Source of the DNA: Trichoplax adhaerens
Lineage: Eukaryota; Animalia; Placozoa
Direction of reading: 5' to 3'
DNA: 64,000 bases
NCBI RefSeq assembly: GCF_000150275.1
Contig: NW_002060944.1
Span: 5,865,102-5,929,101, forward strand
Made by a program: the position numbers and the translations under genes
Part shown: positions 13,303 through 27,659 of the stretch, in pieces
Layout of the letters: every line of letters starts with the position of its first letter
Numbering within the stretch: the first letter of the stretch is position 1
Notes under the pieces: generated by a model
Databases searched by the model: none
What the model was told of the DNA's origin: nothing
Seen by the model: only the letters and a program-made list of their open reading frames with translations

Positions 13303-16300
13303 TCATACCGTCTTTTTTAACTCTGTTTTTCGGCTAATGATCATCCATACACAGCAGGAAAATAAATATATAATCCTTACAATAATTGCAGTTGCATTCC
13401 ATGATGCAGCTAAGATGAAAAGAGATAAATTCAACTTTAGTTTAAATGTTATATCAAATCTATTTGATCATCATGGACTTCTTTTTAGATATTTTTATTA
13501 TTTAATGATTGAAGATAATCTATACTTACTGAGATTATAATTAGATGAAATATATAAATCGGCTAATATATAAAGAATACATCGGCAAAGTTCGATGTGT
13601 GGACCATAAGGCCTATACGGTATTACAAGAAAAAGACGTGTTAGTCAATGTCATAGATATTCCAACGGTTGCCTATTTCGATGTTATTAGAAAGTTCGTC
13701 AAGGTATCGCAATTTGATGCAAATCAATAATTCTTTCAAGATAAAATTTACCGCTTTTCGAGTAGAGCGCCAAAAGAATACAGCGATAATAGAATAAAGA
13801 TAATGGTGGATAATACTATCGTCTGTTGTAATTCCTAGTTGATCATAACCATCATATGTGAGTGGTAACAAAGTGCTGTTATTCTTGAAAGTTACATAAA
13901 ATATTCCTAACATTTAATTTTTCTTTTCTTACTTTCACATATGCTATAAGTAATTGATTACCAACAAGCGTCAACAAGAAATGAAGCAAACAATAGTATT
14001 GATGAAATCTTGGTGCTTGTAGATCATATTTTACAAAGGTTCTAGAATCGACCTGGTACAGAGAATCAAAGATATTTCTATAATTACTATTTATATCTTA
14101 GAATGATTTAATTTAAGATAATCAAATTGTAATACTGTGTGCAGTCATGTAGAGCAAAAATCATATAATCGATATTGAAAGTATGTATTTTGTGATTTAG
14201 GAACTAAATCACCGGTATATATTATTTGATAATAACAGTTCGTATACCATTGGAATTGCTTCTTTATTGCCTAGACGAGGGGTACCAGGACGCCAACCTG
14301 GTCCTTTCCACCATACTGCCAGCTATCAAATTAATCAAAAATTGACCATATTAGAGAAATTTTAGAAATGTAACATTATTTAAATTAAAAAAATTTCTTA
14401 CATCAGAAATTTAAAGATACAATGAAAAGCGATATTTCCGAATAAATGAACTCCGAATATTAGTATTGTCAGTGATGATCCCATACGATTATGTTATGAT
14501 CCCTTACTCATCTATTAGTACTTCAATGAGTTTTACCTTGTTTAAAATTCCCTCTAATTCCAAAAATCGGCGGAAGCTCTTGATAAAATAGCCAAATTGT
14601 ATTGTTACAGGATGCCAACTATCGACAGGGGCTGTTAACCCATAAACTTCATCAGCCACTTCTTCTTCGAATGTGCCTATAATTAATGTAGATATTGCAA
14701 AATCAATGTGCGTAGCCTTATTAATTAAAAAGCAAGCTCTTTAATAGTTAAAAAACATAAATAAAATTATTTAAAGTCAGTCTTTTTTTGCAAAATATTT
14801 TATCAACCCATGTAGTCTTATATAGTCTTATTAATTAAAAAGTAAGCCCTACAACAGTTACAAACATAAATAATTATTTTTAAGTCATTCTTTTTAAAAA
14901 CTAACCCAAAAGTCGATCCCAGATAATAAAAATACCACCGTAGTTTTTATTGATATATTCTGGATTTCGAGCTACGTAATGAAATACATGTAGTAAAGCC
15001 TATGATTAACATCTGCTTTTTCTTTATCGATTAGAGCATGATACATGCTTGATGCAGCCATCATGAAATAATTTTAAATAAAATTAGAAACCAATTCCTT
15101 CTAAAGTAATAATTTCTGGAGGTAACATATTCTCATTATGTATTAATTTTTGCTCATATCTAACAAATTATATAAGTATTCGTATTTCTAAAATTTATTA
15201 AAAATCGTCTATACTCGTATTGAAACATTACCATGATGTACTCGATGATGTTTTGGTGTATTAAAAATATATTCAAGTGGACCCAAGTTATCAATGATCT
15301 AATGCAATTTTAAATGGAGTTAGTTCATGAATACTTTTATACATTGTGCATTAACCATTCGATATGTGCATACATATATATTTAGTATATTTATCCTATT
15401 AATATACCGTACTGAATTTTAATAGTCTGCAGATACACTTATACTTTTTTAAAACTTACCTCAGTGTGAACCCAAAATTGATACATTAAATTAAATTGAA
15501 TATGAACCAAGAATATAGATGGCGGTATGAACAAAGCTAAGGGTAGGTAAAAGATCTGCAGAAAATGAAAATTGTATCATTTATCACGCTATTCTATCTT
15601 AGAGATAATTAAAATATAATCCAATCATTTGTTTATATCTACGACTAAGCAATATTAATTTACCCATGCAAAATACTGTTGTAGAAATGAGTGACGTAAT
15701 GCTATGGTTAAATTAAATTCTTGGGAGCTATGATGAACTTGATGGGCAATCCAAAATAAATTGATTTCTGTAAGTTAAAGCGAATTAATAATAATCAGTA
15801 TTAATACAATTATTATCCTTGGTTGCAATAAATTGAACAAGTAGTAATATCAACAGTCATATGCTATTACTATTACGATATTTTTAATCAAGCAGGCTAG
15901 TATACAAGCATTGACACTGTATTTGCTTTAATCAAATTATTAAAGTATTGAAGCAAGGCAGTTAGGATTAAGCTTTCATGTTCTTCTATTATTATCCATT
16001 AATTTAATACTAATATCTCTATAATCAACATCGGGTACTACAAAACATGGGACGATTAATCAAGGACTACTAATAAATCGATATTAAAATATACTAAATA
16101 ATATGATTACTAAAGCTATGACTTAAAATATTCTTTCTAAAACAAACAAATAAATCATCTGTAAACATATGACTAATTAGCTCTATTTATACATAAAACC
16201 GGACTAAAAAATAATAATAGAGAATTAGTATCCAGCCTTATTTTACATAACAATATACTAAAAAAAATGGTATTAATCAAGGTTATAATGATAGAATAGA

Positions 16301-18919
16301 TCGAACTATGATTTAACTACTAAAGTATTAGATTATTCTCTTTCTGAAGCATGGCGATAGTTTATAACTAGGTCAGTATAAGGTTAGCTTGTTTCCATAT
16401 TGTTTTCTAATAATATTGTACGTCAAAATAGCAATCAATAATATTACCGTGGGCGAACCGATGGACAAAATAATATGCTAAATCAACTCCAAGAAGGCAT
16501 AACCACCATGTCTGTGGTGAATCCCATGGTAATTTTATCCAATTATAGCGCTGATGAATCTTGATGTACATCTCTAATTCTATGCTTCTGACAAGTAGAC
16601 TACAAATGAACAAGTAAACGAGTACAGATATTACAGGTCACCGAAAATAGTCCAATACAGTTTTAGCTTTACTGCCACCTAATACTGTACTTTTAGATCG
16701 AGCTATTTTAAAATATACTTATAGTAAAGCATTGCACTTGATCTTGTAAAGGAATGAGAGTAAATTATTTATCAACTAAGACATTTAAATAAGAATTTTA
16801 TCACATCAAGAGCATCCATTAGTTTGATCTCGATTGAACTTACTGTGGTATTATTGATATAATAAATGCCGAAAGCGATGCAATGAAATCAGGAATTCGT
16901 AAAACTTGCAGTTTATGTTTAATAAATCGAATTAATATTTCGATCATTATTGTGGTTAGAAAGAATGGATAAACCTTGAAAGAAGAGAGTAATGATTAAC
17001 TTTAATTATTTAAAGACAATATTCTCCAATACTCTAGGTTGTTGTTATTATCTCAAGCATCAGTTGTATAGTGATGCTATTAATTCGTTGTCTTAGAATA
17101 TAATTTAAGTTTTTATTTTTGTCCATCTTCATTCTTATTAATTCTAAAAACTCATTTTTTCTCAATGATAGTAACAGTAGTACAATAATTGTCCTACTCT
17201 ATCACTGCTGTAACTACTATGATCGAGATTCTAACAGCTTTAATCATTGTCCATATAATGGAAAGCCAACTAAGCAAAAATTAGTGATTGTAATTGATAA
17301 TCAAAAAAGCTCATTAGTTAACCAAAATTATCTACAATTTAACTGTATAGAACATCCATAATTGTCTGTTAAATCGATAGCCTGAGCGAATTAGCAAGTA
17401 ATGCAATAAGAAAAATTATTAGATAGATTTAGCCCTGATTAGTTATTAATACACATTACATATAATAATAACAATTATAAGTTGAAGATGAATATAAAAG
17501 GTATGGCGATGAAGTTTCGCTGCTAAAATAAGCTTAGTAGCTTACGCTGATGATTGCTAAGGACAAGACATTGTATGCGATGTTTTGGTGTAAAGTAGAA
17601 CTGTTAAAAAATAAATAAAATGAGCAGTAGCGAACTGTAAGATTTAATCTGCTTACGTGATCAAAGTAAGGGTGAACAGGAAAAGCTGGGCAACGAGTAT
17701 TTTACTAATTGAACTCATGACAGTCATCTAAGATCAAACTTGAAAAATCATGAATCAGAGGTACATAAAATTGATGACATAATAGAGAATTTCACGCAAT
17801 AAAATCAATGCCTAAGATACAAATAAAATAAAGCATAGGGAGACGATTTCGTTGTTGCATTTAATGTTTGCGATAATCTCTGTAAAAGCGTGATTGTGTT
17901 GTGACATGTTTACATTAATAACAGATGCACAAGCAAATTTTTAAAAATATAAATAGGACTTAGAGCTTTGAAGAGTGTGACCTACAGTACAATATTTCTC
18001 AGTAGTAGTACAGTAGGCCCCAAAAACATCAAAGAATAGCTTATGGAGGATTTAATTCGGTTATAGGAACAATTAGCAACTAATAGAGCGGAATAAAAAA
18101 AATCGCAATATCATGTTTTCATCAATCAATCATTGTCAAGAGTCAGACTTGTATAAAATAAAAAAACTTGCTAATTGGATCAATTTTGATATACATTATC
18201 TCCATAAGATAGTGGATATACGTGGATGGCTAGCTGATGGACGACTAAAATGTTCTTATTAGAATGACTATCAAATCAGAAATTGAAAACAAATGAAAGT
18301 AACACAATAAAGTAACGTGGCAGTTTCGCTAAAGAATAGAATCCTGCGATAACTTTTCGATGTTTATAAAACTATAGCTGGTCAATACACCATTAAAGGA
18401 TAGAGTTGCAAATGGATTATTTTTTTAGACACATTACCTCCATGAGACGCTACATAGCTAAGTCGTTGAGGGAAAGATTTAAAAGTAATCGTCCGAACAA
18501 CTGGAAAAATGGACAAAACTAAAGATAGTACTATAATTACAGAGGTTATTCCGCTAATTACCATAGAAAAAAATAAATAGAATCCTGAGATCGTTTGAAG
18601 AAATTATAACATTGTAGACGATTAATGGCCGATTGCAAGGGTAAAATTATAAACTGCCTATTCAATATTGAAAATGTTTTCATGATAGCATTTACTGTGA
18701 ACGCTGTTCATAAACTCAAAGGATAAATTTGGATACAACGAGCTGGCTATAATAAATATAGTGTGCCGTAATGAGTTTTTTTAGGATGATCTTTATAGGC
18801 GAACATCAAATTATTTCCAGTCTTACTTTTTCGATATAGCCTGGAACTTGGTGGACATGTTGAAATGTTGTTATTTGTATCAGATGAGATAGCGGACGAT
18901 AGGGCAGTGAAGAATTCAT
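13303..18919 (-). CDS. AGMO: Alkylglycerol monooxygenase paralogue 2 (multi-exon, apparently complete)
   Basis: Exon 1 at 18827-18919 (MNSSLPY...FQHVHQVPGYIEK), then VYPFFLTTIMIEILI, LGVDLAYYFVHRFAH|[74 protein letters not shown] and KGPGWRPGTPRLG. Last exon ends ...WMIISRKTELKKTV* (TGA 13303-13305). GT-AG introns, with compatible phases where checked. Confidence 0.9.
14713..14893. repeat. Two-copy ~110-bp intronic duplication in AGMO paralogue 2
   Basis: TAG(C/T)CTTATTAATTAAAAAG...AGTTA..AAACATAAATAA..TTTAA(A)GTCA.TCTTTTT appears twice. Confidence 0.7.
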
Positions 18920-21870
18920 GCTTGAAATATTAAATTAAAGTTGTGTTGCTTGTAGAATGATGATTAATGGTCAATTTAGCCTTGAGGGAAAGAACGAAAA
19001 ATATTGATTTTATAACCAACGAGGACCGATAATTATTACTATCAGATTGGACCGATAGCTATTATTGTCGTTTTGGTGTATATAGTTAATATTCAAATTA
19101 CTGTTGATGTAAGTTGTTTTTTCTACCAGCTTTGTTTTGATTTGCAAATTAAACAAAAACTCTTATCCAATTTTATTGTCAAGCATGCCATACAATTATT
19201 AATAGAGCATTTAAATGCAAATTGCATGGGGGTTTTTGATGTAAAAAACGGTCGAATAGGTAAATCTTGACATTTAGCCAGGGCATGATTGGTTGGATTC
19301 GTTAATTGGAGTAATGACATACCAACTTGAATCATATTTTAGATTCAATCATGAAACAGTCAAGATAGCGTTGGATAAAGTTAGCAATCAAATAGATTAT
19401 TCCGAGGTTCTAATTGTTTTCTACGACCAATATTTACATTGGTTTAATATCTTGATTATTCCAGACGGCCGTTGCTTCGCTATTTTAACCAACGATGATG
19501 AGGAATAGGTCAGTGACGTCATGGCCTCTAAGGTTAGGTCCTGGCGGAGTTTGGATAAGTTGGTATAGCTGGTATGGAGCTTTCAGCTTGTGCAGAAAGG
19601 AAAAAATCGTTCTAGATCTAGACTTGCTACACTTTAAAAAATTGGAATATTTTTGTGAGTTATACGAATGAAAGCCAAATCGGATAGATGCAAAGAGTCC
19701 AAATATAATATCGAGTAGCATTTCAACTTTTAAAATGCTTTCTTTTCGTAGTCCCTGATCACATCACAGCAAATTTCTATTCGAATATTAATAAGTTGTG
19801 GAGCTGGCATAACAGATCTTCGGTTGTATCTTCAATAGCTAATTTATGAATATGCTCGTTATGCAATTTGTTATTGACTTGCTACACTTAACATAGGAAT
19901 AAAAATCAAATCTGAAAGGTAGAAAAAGAGTTACAGTAGGTGTTTTAGTGTGATATAGTAAATTTTCCATTGCATCTTCCTCATGGCTGCTATAGTAATT
20001 TTTTTAATAGATATGCACACACATGAGATCAAATCTAAGAAAGTATTTAAAATAGCTTCAAATTAGGCATAGAAACTGAATACGTGCGATATGGACAGTG
20101 ATATTTATACTTTTCCTGAATTACAATTTTTGAAATAATGTCGGTAAATGCATGGGCCAAAATTAGCAGTAGCAAGTGTTAAAAGTGTTTAAAGTAGATT
20201 CAAATTAGGTAGGAAAATGAATAACATTTATATAATCAAAGCTTTAATATGGTGGTAAGAAATTATGATTACGGTGTAACTTTTGCATACTGTAGCTGTC
20301 GTAGCACAGTTTCCATAAGATGACTTATCTAAGAATGTGTTAAATATTGATTTATTTAGGACGCTTTAAATATTATTATTTTTAATAGATAACTGCACAG
20401 TTATACTGTACAGTATAGTATTATCTATACTGTAAACTAATAATTAATGTTTATGTAGATTTACTATAAATTGACTGACTTTGCGATTAAGTTTGGGTTC
20501 AGTTTATGTAAGAGATTAGTGGGATTACTGTTCCTCCAGACGATAGCTAATAATCAGTATTTAGAGCTTTACTGTAGGCAGATGTCAGGGAGGGTGAATC
20601 TGACTATAGACTTGCAGCTTTAGTTTTTTGTAATAATTATATTCTTTCGTTGTTGCAAATTTAGATTTGATACAATATCCATGCAATATATTCAACGTGC
20701 TATCTTGAATGAAATTTTTCAATTCTTGATAGCAGATAGCGTGGATTAAATGGATTAAAGATGCACCTAAGCTGGCTATTTTATATAAGTTGCAGCGATG
20801 TATAAAGTAAACATTTTCGGTTTTCAATGATCTTCTGTGCTTGTTATGTATAAAAATTTCTTACGGAACTAATACTCGAAGGGAGATATTGGTGTTTATT
20901 GAAAATCAGAATCCTGTAAATTGATTTACTATCGTAAACTCAGTCAGATGTTAGTAGCACAAAGACATATAAGATTGCATAAACTTTATTGAAATATCTA
21001 GAAAAGGGTTAAGCGTATTCAAATAGTGTATTTATTGCGGTTCGTCTAGATCCACGACACTACTCCTAATATTGAGACTACTACTCGATATATGAATAAA
21101 TGAATAAACATAACACGATTAATACATGATGCTAACCCTTAGATGTCTAAGCAAAAATTAACTGCAGATATATGGGGTTACAATCTCGATAAGGGATAAC
21201 TAATAATAGCGTGATACCATTAAGTTTCGTATAGTTTCGCACATTATAACGATTGAATTACAGTCCATAAACTACTTGAGATAATAATCCATTTTCAGAT
21301 CGAAAGAATCATATTCTTCTTCAGTACTTTGCGTATGTAACTAAATGATAGGGCAAATTTGTTACTCAAATTACTACATGATGGTTGTTATTCATAGTAG
21401 TATACAGTTACAAAGGAGTTACTATATCATAAGTTTAACTACTAGGGATAGTTAATGTACTGATTTATACAATATACTTAGTATGGAAGTTCTTTGCCCT
21501 TGTTCAATAATTCAGTAAGTTAATGCGAACAATACAGGTACGTTATACGAGAATGAGTTCATGAGATATCTATTAACATCTTTGCAAAACTAAAATTTTT
21601 AGAGGAATAATTTTTACGTATAAGCAATGGTATTTACTACACAAGCCACTTTGTTAACACTAAGTTTCAAACGTTGCTACAGCTATGACATATGATATAA
21701 TTTGAGATTAGTTATTATTTTGTAGATGCTTAGGTAATTTGGTAGTTGTTTTTGTAAACAGTTTATGCTGGTACTTTATAAGTTGCTTTCTAGAGAACGA
21801 TGAATCAAGCAAGGCCTCAAACATAACTGTATATTTTCTTGATTGCTTTGTCAACAGTTGTACCAAGAAT

Positions 21871-24800
21871 TTAAGCCACTTTGGTCTTGACAGAGATTTG
21901 AATAGCTCTCGTAATCCATAGTAAGGAAGATAGCGAAAATATAATCTTCAGAAATGTGGCAGTTTCAGTTGGTATTACTATAGTACGAAGGAAATTTAAA
22001 TAAAATACCATCAAAATGCTTAATTAGCGGTTAGTGAGATATAACTATATTAATTTTAAAAGCAATGAACACAGCTTTCGTATTTAGAACATTCCGAAAT
22101 TAAGGGATGAAGAGCTAAACTTACAAACGTATCCAGTTGATATTAACATGGTATCCATCACTAAGTAGGACATGCACCGACTATACTCGACAAATGGTGC
22201 ATAGCACCTATAGTTCAAGAATATTTTTATTAAGTTACTTATTTAATAAATATAAATAGGTATTCACAAATAGAAAATATAGCTTGCTAAAAATTACAAA
22301 TAGGTATTAGGTAATGGGGTAAATATTAATTAGGTCAAGTTTCATTTTTTGAAATGCGATGTTCTACACTACAAGTAATACCTGCTTTCTAGCAAGATTC
22401 CTATGCTATAAAGTGTAATTAAAGTAGATATAATCCCAAGAAATAACTGAGTGGTTGGCATATCCTGCAAATACGTCATGTAAAGAAGAGATAAAAGTTT
22501 TAGGATAAAATTTAGCATAAAATGTTAGAGGATTATTCGTTGTAATTATGTCTCTGCTTATATTTTGAGACATATAAATATATGCATATTTATATTAAAC
22601 ATGGTTACTGATAGTGAATTGTTAACAGAAATCCTGACAAAAATACACGAATCGTCCGTCATTACACCTACGGTGATTAAATCTACCTACTCTTATTTCA
22701 ATAGATATATTATGGATTGAAAACATATTTATATTGAGCACAGGCTACTGCTATAGTAGATTGCTCATAACTACTGTATTGTATTAAATGCAATGTAAAA
22801 TTTTTAATTACCTTTCTGATCTGTAATTCCTGATTTAGAACTACAATAACAAAAAAGTGAAGGAGACTGTACACTTGACACCAAGCAGAACATTTTGGAT
22901 TATACTTGATAAATGTTTTGCGACTGATCTAAGATTTAAATGGAATTTAGCTTTTGTTAAATAAGGAAATTATGTAAAGGAATTTTAAAATAAACAATAA
23001 ATTGAACCTTGAAAATGGTTATTCTGGTTTATATCTTTATAGTTCAAGTTGTTTGAAAATGTTAAATACTACCTTAGGAATGGCCCCAGGGTTTCCCAGA
23101 CGTGGTTTGCCGGGTCGCCATCCTGGACCATTGATATAAATGCCGAGCTATATAAGTTTTAATACAAATTATAGTTATTACAAATTATTCCATAAACATT
23201 TTGAAGTTTAAATTTTGTTCCTTGTACTAATATAATTTCTGACCATAGGGATCATGATAAAACATGTTTTTAAAATAGAGGCGTATCGCAAATTCATTTT
23301 ACATTAATATGTAGAGTGACAGAAATAAAGATTTACCAAGTTGTAGAAACTATCATACGATAAAGATCGTTTAATAGTTTCAATTAAATAGCCAAATTGC
23401 ACCCAGAGAGGATTCCATGTAGCTACAGGGGATGTTAAACCATATACACCTTCTTCATCTTCAGGCTCGAATGTACCTTTACATGAGTATGCGGATACAT
23501 GATAATAAGTTTTTAAAAATGATTTCGTCAAGCTTTTCAGGTGTTTGACTCATAGAGAGTGCTATACTAAAATTAATGAGTTAACAAAATGATTGTCCTG
23601 CTACTGCTGATTATAATATGTAAATACTAACCGAATATCCTGTCCCAAATAATTAATACACCAGCGTAATTTTTATCTATATATTGAGGATTGCGGCCTA
23701 GTAGGTGAATGTAGTATAAAAATAACTTCATTAATTTTTGACTGATTTTAAATCTGAATTATTCTTTGCTTAAAAATTATAAACATACTATGATGAACTC
23801 GATGATGGCTTGGTGTATTGAGAAAGTATTCTAGAGGTCCGATTTTATCAATTACCTAGATATCAAGTAAATATTAGCCATTGAGTATATAGAAGATTGT
23901 TTGATCAAGTCAGCGACGATGAACATGGTAATTTCAAATACGATTAGCATTAAGGTAACAACATTACTATTAGTTAAATTGAAGATTAATAGTTTTTGAT
24001 AAACACTATTGGTAAACATGCGATTATAAAGGATTGGTTAAAGAGGAACTTAAATTTTCAATACACCGGATATGTAAGACCATTTGACTACAAACTGGCT
24101 CATTTTTTAGAGTTTGTAATCGCCACTTTCAATAATTCATTACAATAATTAATTTTTACTAATGCTAAACATATTACCATCATTAAATGGCGATATTTAA
24201 AGCGCCGTAAGTGGTTATTAGTTTACATATTTGTTTAATCGAAGTCTAATTATTTAAAGTGTATAAATTGTAAAAAAAATTACCCCGTAACAAAGGTTAA
24301 TGCAGGATGTATTACATTCATCGAAGATATAAATTTTAATTTACAATTTTGCGTTAATTTTGTCAGCATATTACAGCTATGAAAACGACTTGAATAAGAC
24401 TAGGTTAACTTTAATTAAAATTTCGGTAGTAGAGTTAGTTTACCTCAGTATGTATCCAAAATTGAAAGATTAAGTTCAATTGTATATGAACTAAGAAAAC
24501 TGGAGGGGGCACTAACAATGCCAAAGGTAAATAACCTACCTGTTAAATAGTCCAATAACATTTAAAATTAGGATACTAAGAAGCATAAGATTGCTCGAAG
24601 GCTTAGGGATTGTTTTATTAAATTGTAACAAGAAGAATTGATATCTTTCGACAATAGATTTCTATAGAATAAGGATATCTTTTAGAGCACACATATACAG
24701 TATGTACTTACTGTTTAAACTATTAGATTGTATCAAACACGGAATATAGATTTATCGATATAGTATTTTCAATAGTACAGGAAAAGAGGACTTAGAACAT

Positions 24801-26471
24801 ACCCAGCTGAAGTATTGCTGAAGAACAGATTGGCGTAGGGCAGTTGATAGATTATATTCCTCAGAACTGTGATGAACTTGATGAGCAGCCCAAAATAAGT
24901 TGACCTCTGTAGTTTAATTAGAATAATACGTCAAGAAAAGATCGATTTTGGCAGAGAATACATCTTTTTCTAGATTTGCCTAGTATTTAGTAAAAGTATG
25001 TGATGTACAGAGTAAATTTTAATGACAAGAAATTTTTCTTGCCTTATCAGTGTTTGCAAACTGTGCAATCAATAAGTTATAACGACGAATATACTCCTAC
25101 ATAAAAATAGTACGTTGATTGGCACCTTATTTTAGAATACAGGGCATCCTATCACTATTCTGCTGTAAGTATGGTCAATTTATTATTTATAAATTAACTA
25201 AAGGCAACCGTATATCACTCTATTCTATATATCATACGTTAAGAATAGCATTTGCGATCTTTTGTGCTAGAGTAATTAACGCATTCTTACACAAGCTTTC
25301 TTGATATGATCACTTTATCATCAGTTGATATTTCTATGATTGATTGGGAAGTAGTGTGCTAATTTACTTCTATCCAGCTACATCTATGCATGTGCACCCT
25401 AATTCAATCTCACTTATGCTAGTTATCCACATTTTTAAAGTGTTTAAATTAGTTTATCGCCAATTAAATTGTATTTTGTATGCACTCGTATTAGGCATTG
25501 CATTTCTGCGACGGTCAATATTGTACTGAAATCAACATAAACTAATAGGATTTATGCTGCTTTTCTTACCATGGCCAAAACGATGTACCCAATAATATCC
25601 CATATCAACACTTAGTAAGCAGAAGATCCATGTCCAATAAGAATTCCATGGCAATCGTACTAAATTGTAATGCTCATAAAACCAAATGTAGGCTCCTAAT
25701 TCAAGGCTACCAAAATACAGCCTGGAGAAGTGCAGATATATATAGTCATTGTAAAACATTGGTATTCGTATATGGGATTTATCAAGCATAAAAAAAGAAC
25801 TTGATCTACAATGAATTCATTAGCACTAGCTATCGACGACAGAACATACTGTGGAAGTCTTGATATAATGCCAGCTGAGAGAGATCCAATTATATCGTTG
25901 ACTCTAGCTGATGATCCAATTCCCATGATTGATTTAATGATAATTTCTAGTATAATAGCGCTTATAAAGAGTGGCACTACCTAGAGGATAGATAACGACA
26001 TAGGAAGTATATCAAAATAGAATTGTGTCTACCTTAGTGGCGACATCTGTTAAGAGTTCTGTAAGTTTCTGTAGTAATTATGGATGTAGTATTATTCAAT
26101 CGTTCATTACAATTACTGCCTATGCCTGTATGCTATCGGATGCAAAGGTGATATACTAGAGTATCTTACAGTCTGGTTGTAAGCTAACTTGTATCTCTAT
26201 ACACGTATGATTGTTGATGTAAACAATTGGATATTATCGACACTTGGCTAGCCAACTTGAAGTTGGGGCTATATTTCACCCATCCATCTCTACTAGTTGC
26301 TGAATGATGTAGAAAAGTATGGTTAAAAAGCTCTTCATTTTTTACCTGTTTGACGTATTCAGGGACTTCTTGAACCGTCTGAAACATGCTTTCACTAGGA
26401 GCCACAAGATAAAATAACGATCGTAGGGGGAAAATATCGATCGGTAAGACTGTAATACTCGTATTCGCCAT
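21871..26471 (-). CDS. AGMO: Alkylglycerol monooxygenase paralogue 1 (multi-exon, complete, closer to canonical AGMO)
   Basis: MANTS...[27 protein letters not shown]|, [12 protein letters not shown]|[65 protein letters not shown] and [12 protein letters not shown]. His boxes of the fatty-acid-hydroxylase fold are intact. Stop TAA at 21871-21873. Confidence 0.93.
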
Positions 26472-26774
26472 TATTATCGCTCACTGGAATATGATTAACT
26501 ATAATCAATCAATTATAATATGACACGTTCAATGATGATCGATCAAATATTCAATCTATTGGCAAGATTTTGGGCTATGACTTTCTTTGTAGTGGGCTAT
26601 CAGTCGTAGATAATCAATTTAGCCACAATCCTTGGTAATGATATCTAGTAAAATATATGCGCAAGTTGATAGCATTAATTAAAGATCTAGCCAATGAGTA
26701 ATTTCTATTATAATTTAATTTTTCCCTTATTGTATTCTAGGATAAGCGAGCTTCTATTCATTTACAATATTGAT

Positions 26775-27481
26775 TAACTTTAATAGTGTTAAGAGTAAAT
26801 GGCTGGTACAATATCACAACTTGTAGGACTGATTGTATAAGATTTTATGATAACAAGTAGAGTCTATGCTGTCATGGTAGTCAATCGATTTAAATTTGAA
26901 TGGGTTTGATATCTTTAACTTTAATAGTATTAAGAGTAAATGGCTGGTACAATATCATAACTTGTAGGACTGATTATAGAAGATTTTATGATAACAAGTA
27001 GAGTCTATGTTGTTATGGTAGTCAATCGATTAGAATTGAAATGGTTTGATATCTGTAACTTTAATGGCATTAAGAGTAAATGGCTGGTACAATATCATAA
27101 CTTGTAGGACTGATTGTATAAGATTTTATGATAACAAGTAGAGTCGATACTGTTATGGTAGTCAATCGATTTCAATTTGAATGGTTTGATATCTGTAACT
27201 TTAATGGTATTAAGATTAAAAGGCTGGTAGAATATCATAACTTGTAGGACTGATTATAGAAGATTTTATGATAACAAGTAGAGTCTACAGTATACTGTCA
27301 TTGTAGTCAATCGATTTCAATTTGAATGGTTTGATATCTGTAACTTTAATAGTGTTAAGAGTAAATGGCTGGTAGAATATCATAACTTGTAGGACTGATT
27401 ATAGAAGATTTTATGATAACAAGTAGAGTTGATGCTGTCATGGTAGTCAATCAATTTCAATTGAAATGGTTTGATATCTGT
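26775..27481. repeat. 140-bp tandem repeat, 5 copies, ~300 bp upstream of AGMO paralogue 1
   Basis: Units begin TAACTTTAAT at 26775, 26916, 27056, 27196 and 27341; high identity between copies. Confidence 0.96.
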
Positions 27482-27659
27482 ATTGGCGATTGCTTTACAG
27501 CAGGCGTAGCAAAATGTTTGCAAAATAAAATGGTCCTTAACAATGATCGATATTGTAGCCAATCTAGTCTAGATTGCAATCCTATTATTATTTTCCACCT
27601 ACTTTTGAATCGATAGCTTATATTAAGATTTCCAACGGATAGCAATCAGCACGTTCGAT

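Noticed and set aside
18382-18564. Hydrophobic 60-aa ORF as an extra AGMO2 exon
   Set aside because: Its phase-1 donor gives a stop when joined to the next candidate acceptor, and the homologous exon 1 is at 18827-18919.
19073-19910. Cluster of ORFs and a degenerate internal duplication (GACTTGCTACACTT twice) upstream of AGMO2
   Set aside because: No continuous frame or recognisable domain; at most a decayed duplication.
26775-27481. Tandem arrays as CRISPR-like loci
   Set aside because: Contiguous units with no unique spacers, in an intron-rich eukaryotic context.
27380-27645. Three overlapping short ORFs
   Set aside because: They derive from the last unit of the 140-bp repeat and its flank.
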